A DNA stretch of 64,000 bases. Source: an uncultured Actinomycetota bacterium. GTDB lineage: Bacteria > Actinomycetota > Actinomycetes > Prado026. A model generated the notes under the pieces. That model made no database searches and was not told where the DNA came from. It saw only the letters and a program-made list of their open reading frames with translations. The position numbers and the translations under genes are program-made. The stretch lies in contig CAVQCJ010000002.1 of NCBI GenBank assembly GCA_963711005.1, forward strand, positions 1,457,269 through 1,521,268, read 5' to 3'. Shown here piece by piece: positions 61,881 through 64,000 of this stretch; position 1 is the stretch's first letter, and each line of letters starts with the position of its first letter.

Positions 61881-62872
61881 GTGCCGAGACCACTCCCGAC
61901 CCGCCCGCCGTCGACGAGCTCGACCGCTGGCGGCTCTGGCGTCGCTGGTTCGTCATCGCCTGGGCTTGCGCGCTCGTGCTCTTCATCCTCACCCGCGGTG
62001 TGCCGTTCGAACGCACGATCCAGACGTTCTGGATCCTGCTGGGACTGTTCGCCTTCAACATCGGGCGGCCGGTACGCAGCTACGGGCGGATCCTGTTGGA
62101 CTGGTTGCCGTTCGTCGGCTTCCTGATGCTCTACGACATCACGCGGGGTTTCGCCGACGTGCTGGGTCGGCCGATCCATGTGACGGAGCCGTTGGACGCG
62201 GAGAAGTGGCTGTTCAACGGCGGCGTGCCCACCCAGTGGCTGCAGGCGCACCTCTACCACGTGCAGGTCCAGTGGTACGACCTGCTCGTCGCGATCGTGT
62301 ACTGCTCACACTTCGTCGTCGTGTGGGTGTACGCGGCTGTGCTGTACGTCAGCCACCGGCAGCGCTGGGGGCAGTGGGCGCGCCGCATCCTGCTGCTTTC
62401 CTACGCCGGGCTGCTGACCTACGTCCTGTACCCGGCCGCTCCGCCCTGGTACGCGAACCACGTCGGCCTGCTGCCTGGAGTGGACCGCATCGCCTCCCGC
62501 GGGTTCGACGCGATGCATCTGCACCAGGCGTCCGCGCTCGTCTCCCAGGCTCAGGGGCAGAGCAACGACTATGCGGCGATGCCTTCGCTGCACGGGGCGT
62601 TCACGGCGATGCTGACGGTGTTCCTCTGGCCCCGTCTGCCCAACTGGGGCCGGGCTCTGATGGTCCTGTACACCGCGGCCATGGCGTTCTCGCTGGTCTA
62701 CGGCGGCGAGCACTACGTCGTGGACATCTTGATGGGGTATGCGTACGTAGCCGCGGTGCTGCTCGCATGCTGGTGGTGGGAGCGGATGCGCGCGAACCAG
62801 CGGGCGGCCAAGGCGGCCAGGCTGGCCGCGGCCGAACCCGCCGAATCCGAGGGGTCGCTGGCGAGCCCGTGA
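61877..62872 (+). CDS. PAP2-superfamily membrane protein (inositolphosphotransferase/phosphatase-like)
   Basis: Polytopic, with PAP2 motifs ([14 protein letters not shown]; [16 protein letters not shown]). GTG start overlaps the glgC stop. Confidence 0.65.
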   Translation: MSAETTPDPPAVDELDRWRLWRRWFVIAWACALVLFILTRGVPFERTIQTFWILLGLFAFNIGRPVRSYGRILLDWLPFVGFLMLYDITRGFADVLGRPIHVTEPLDAEKWLFNGGVPTQWLQAHLYHVQVQWYDLLVAIVYCSHFVVVWVYAAVLYVSHRQRWGQWARRILLLSYAGLLTYVLYPAAPPWYANHVGLLPGVDRIASRGFDAMHLHQASALVSQAQGQSNDYAAMPSLHGAFTAMLTVFLWPRLPNWGRALMVLYTAAMAFSLVYGGEHYVVDILMGYAYVAAVLLACWWWERMRANQRAAKAARLAAAEPAESEGSLASP

Positions 62873-62903
62873 TCGGGGGCCTGCGCGGTGGCAGGATGCG
62901 GGC

Positions 62904-63317
62904 GTGAGCATGCCGAGCGGGCCCGACGGCGATCCCGTGCCGCCGCCGCCCGGGCCGCCGAGCCAGCCGCCACCCACCCCGCCGCCGTACCGGCAGCCTC
63001 CGCCGTACGGGCCGCCGCCGCCACCACCACCACCCGGGCCCGGGTACGGCTACCCGTACCCGTACCCGATGCCCGGCGCCCCCTACGGGGTGGACCGGTA
63101 CGGCCGGCCCTACTCGGACAAGTCGAAGATCATCGCCGGGGTCCTGCAGCTCGTGCTCGGCACGTTCGGCGCCGGGCGCTGGTACACCGGCCACTACGGC
63201 ATCGCCGTCGCCCAGCTGCTCACCTGCGGCGGCCTGGGGGTCTGGTCCCTGGTCGACGGCATCATCATGCTGGCGGGGGACGTGACCGACCCCGAGGGGA
63301 GGCCGTTGCATGGCTGA
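62904..63317 (+). CDS. TM2 domain protein with a proline-rich N-terminus
   Basis: A PPPPGPG/YGYPYPYP low-complexity stretch is followed by the TM2 signature (KSKIIAGVLQLVLGTFGAGRWYTGHYGIAVAQLLT...GVWSLVDGIIML). Confidence 0.7.
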   Translation: MSMPSGPDGDPVPPPPGPPSQPPPTPPPYRQPPPYGPPPPPPPPGPGYGYPYPYPMPGAPYGVDRYGRPYSDKSKIIAGVLQLVLGTFGAGRWYTGHYGIAVAQLLTCGGLGVWSLVDGIIMLAGDVTDPEGRPLHG

Positions 63318-63750
63318 GCCGACGGCGCCCGCGCCAGCGACCCGGGCGGTGAGCAGCCGGCCGTGGCTCGCACCCGCGGCCTTGGGCGCGATCGCCGTCG
63401 CCGGCTGCGCCTACCTCGGCGTCGAGGACCCCAACGACCCGGGCTCGCTGCTGCCGCGCTGCCCGACGAAGCTGATCACCGGGCTGGACTGCCCGGCCTG
63501 CGGCGGACTGCGGATGGTGCGCGCGCTGACCGGCGGCCAGTGGTCCGCGGCGCTGCACGCCAACCTCTTCCTGCTCGTCCTGACGCCGTTCGCCGTCCTG
63601 GCCTGGCTGCGCTGGTTCGTGGCCGGGCTCAGCGGCGGGAGCTACGTGCCGCGGCTGTCCAAGCGGGTCTCGTACGCGCTGCTGGTCGTGGCCGTCGTCT
63701 GGACGATCGTGCGCAACCTCCCCGGCTGGCCGCTGCACCCCCTCGCCTGA
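63310..63750 (+). CDS. DUF2752 domain membrane protein
   Basis: The CPTKLITGLDCPACGGLR zinc-ribbon-like motif characteristic of DUF2752, plus TM helices. It overlaps the TM2 gene. Confidence 0.6.
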   Translation: MAEPTAPAPATRAVSSRPWLAPAALGAIAVAGCAYLGVEDPNDPGSLLPRCPTKLITGLDCPACGGLRMVRALTGGQWSAALHANLFLLVLTPFAVLAWLRWFVAGLSGGSYVPRLSKRVSYALLVVAVVWTIVRNLPGWPLHPLA

Positions 63751-63826
63751 CGCGCCGGGCCGTCTTCCGCCGATCCGGCCCAGGGACGCGGCGTGGCGGC
63801 CGCGTTCTGCCGGTGAGGTGAGCACC

Positions 63827-64000
63827 ATGGAGGGCAGACGAAGGCAGCAGGCTCGGCAGGAGGGCCCGATGGCGACCCAGGCGTCCGCACGTCCAGCCGG
63901 CACGGGCGCGGCCGAGCCGTGCGCGCACTGCGGCGAGCGGTCCCGGCACCCTGTCCTGGGACTGCTACGCGGAACCGTCGTCGTCTACTGCTCCGCCGGG
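63827..64000 (+). CDS. 5' end of an ORF truncated by the window edge (unknown product)
   Basis: ATG at 63827 with an open frame to the window end (MEGRRRQQARQEGPMATQ...). There is no further support. Confidence 0.2.
   Translation, partial: MEGRRRQQARQEGPMATQASARPAGTGAAEPCAHCGERSRHPVLGLLRGTVVVYCSAG

Overview
This is a high-GC (~72%) Actinomycetota chromosomal segment, Nocardioidaceae-like by gene content, and mostly core metabolism.

**Purine supercluster.** A dispersed de novo purine biosynthesis cluster (purA, purD, purB, purC, purS, purQ, purL, purF, purM) carries the usual actinobacterial neighbours fbaA, DUF3151, DUF3073, a valine dehydrogenase and bldC. Accessory blocks are interleaved between the pur genes:
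- A transaminase/amidohydrolase/methyltransferase block and an ATP-dependent DNA ligase lie between purA and purD.
- A 1268-aa S8 subtilase and a lipoprotein lie between purD and purB.
- galE and DUF167 lie between purC and purS.
- An acyl-CoA synthetase, an SCP-like protein and a PotABCD-type ABC importer lie between purL and purF.

**Rest of the window.** It also contains:
- a 995-aa ECF sigma factor fused to a zinc-finger anti-sigma segment, membrane helices and an extracytoplasmic domain;
- a yciI / ECF-sigma / DivIVA-domain operon;
- a tRNA-Glu / tRNA-Asp ... tRNA-Phe cluster split by a 4-kb LAL-type LuxR segment;
- a PAS-GGDEF-EAL protein;
- a leaderless divergent glgA/glgC pair;
- a TM2 + DUF2752 pair.

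**Most notable non-genic signals.**
- A family of 72-bp intergenic elements with terminal inverted repeats (CGCTTCACC...GGTGAAGCG), MIRU-like. There are three clear copies plus one degenerate copy, all oriented with local transcription and sitting within a few nucleotides of gene stops or starts.
- A second inverted-repeat element family (GATCTTGAG...CTCAAGATC, two copies).
- A 3x16-nt tandem repeat in a divergent promoter region.

Three independent +1 frameshifts interrupt purB (one) and purL (two); these look more like sequencing errors than real pseudogenes and need read-level checking.

No CRISPR array, integrase or transposase was seen.
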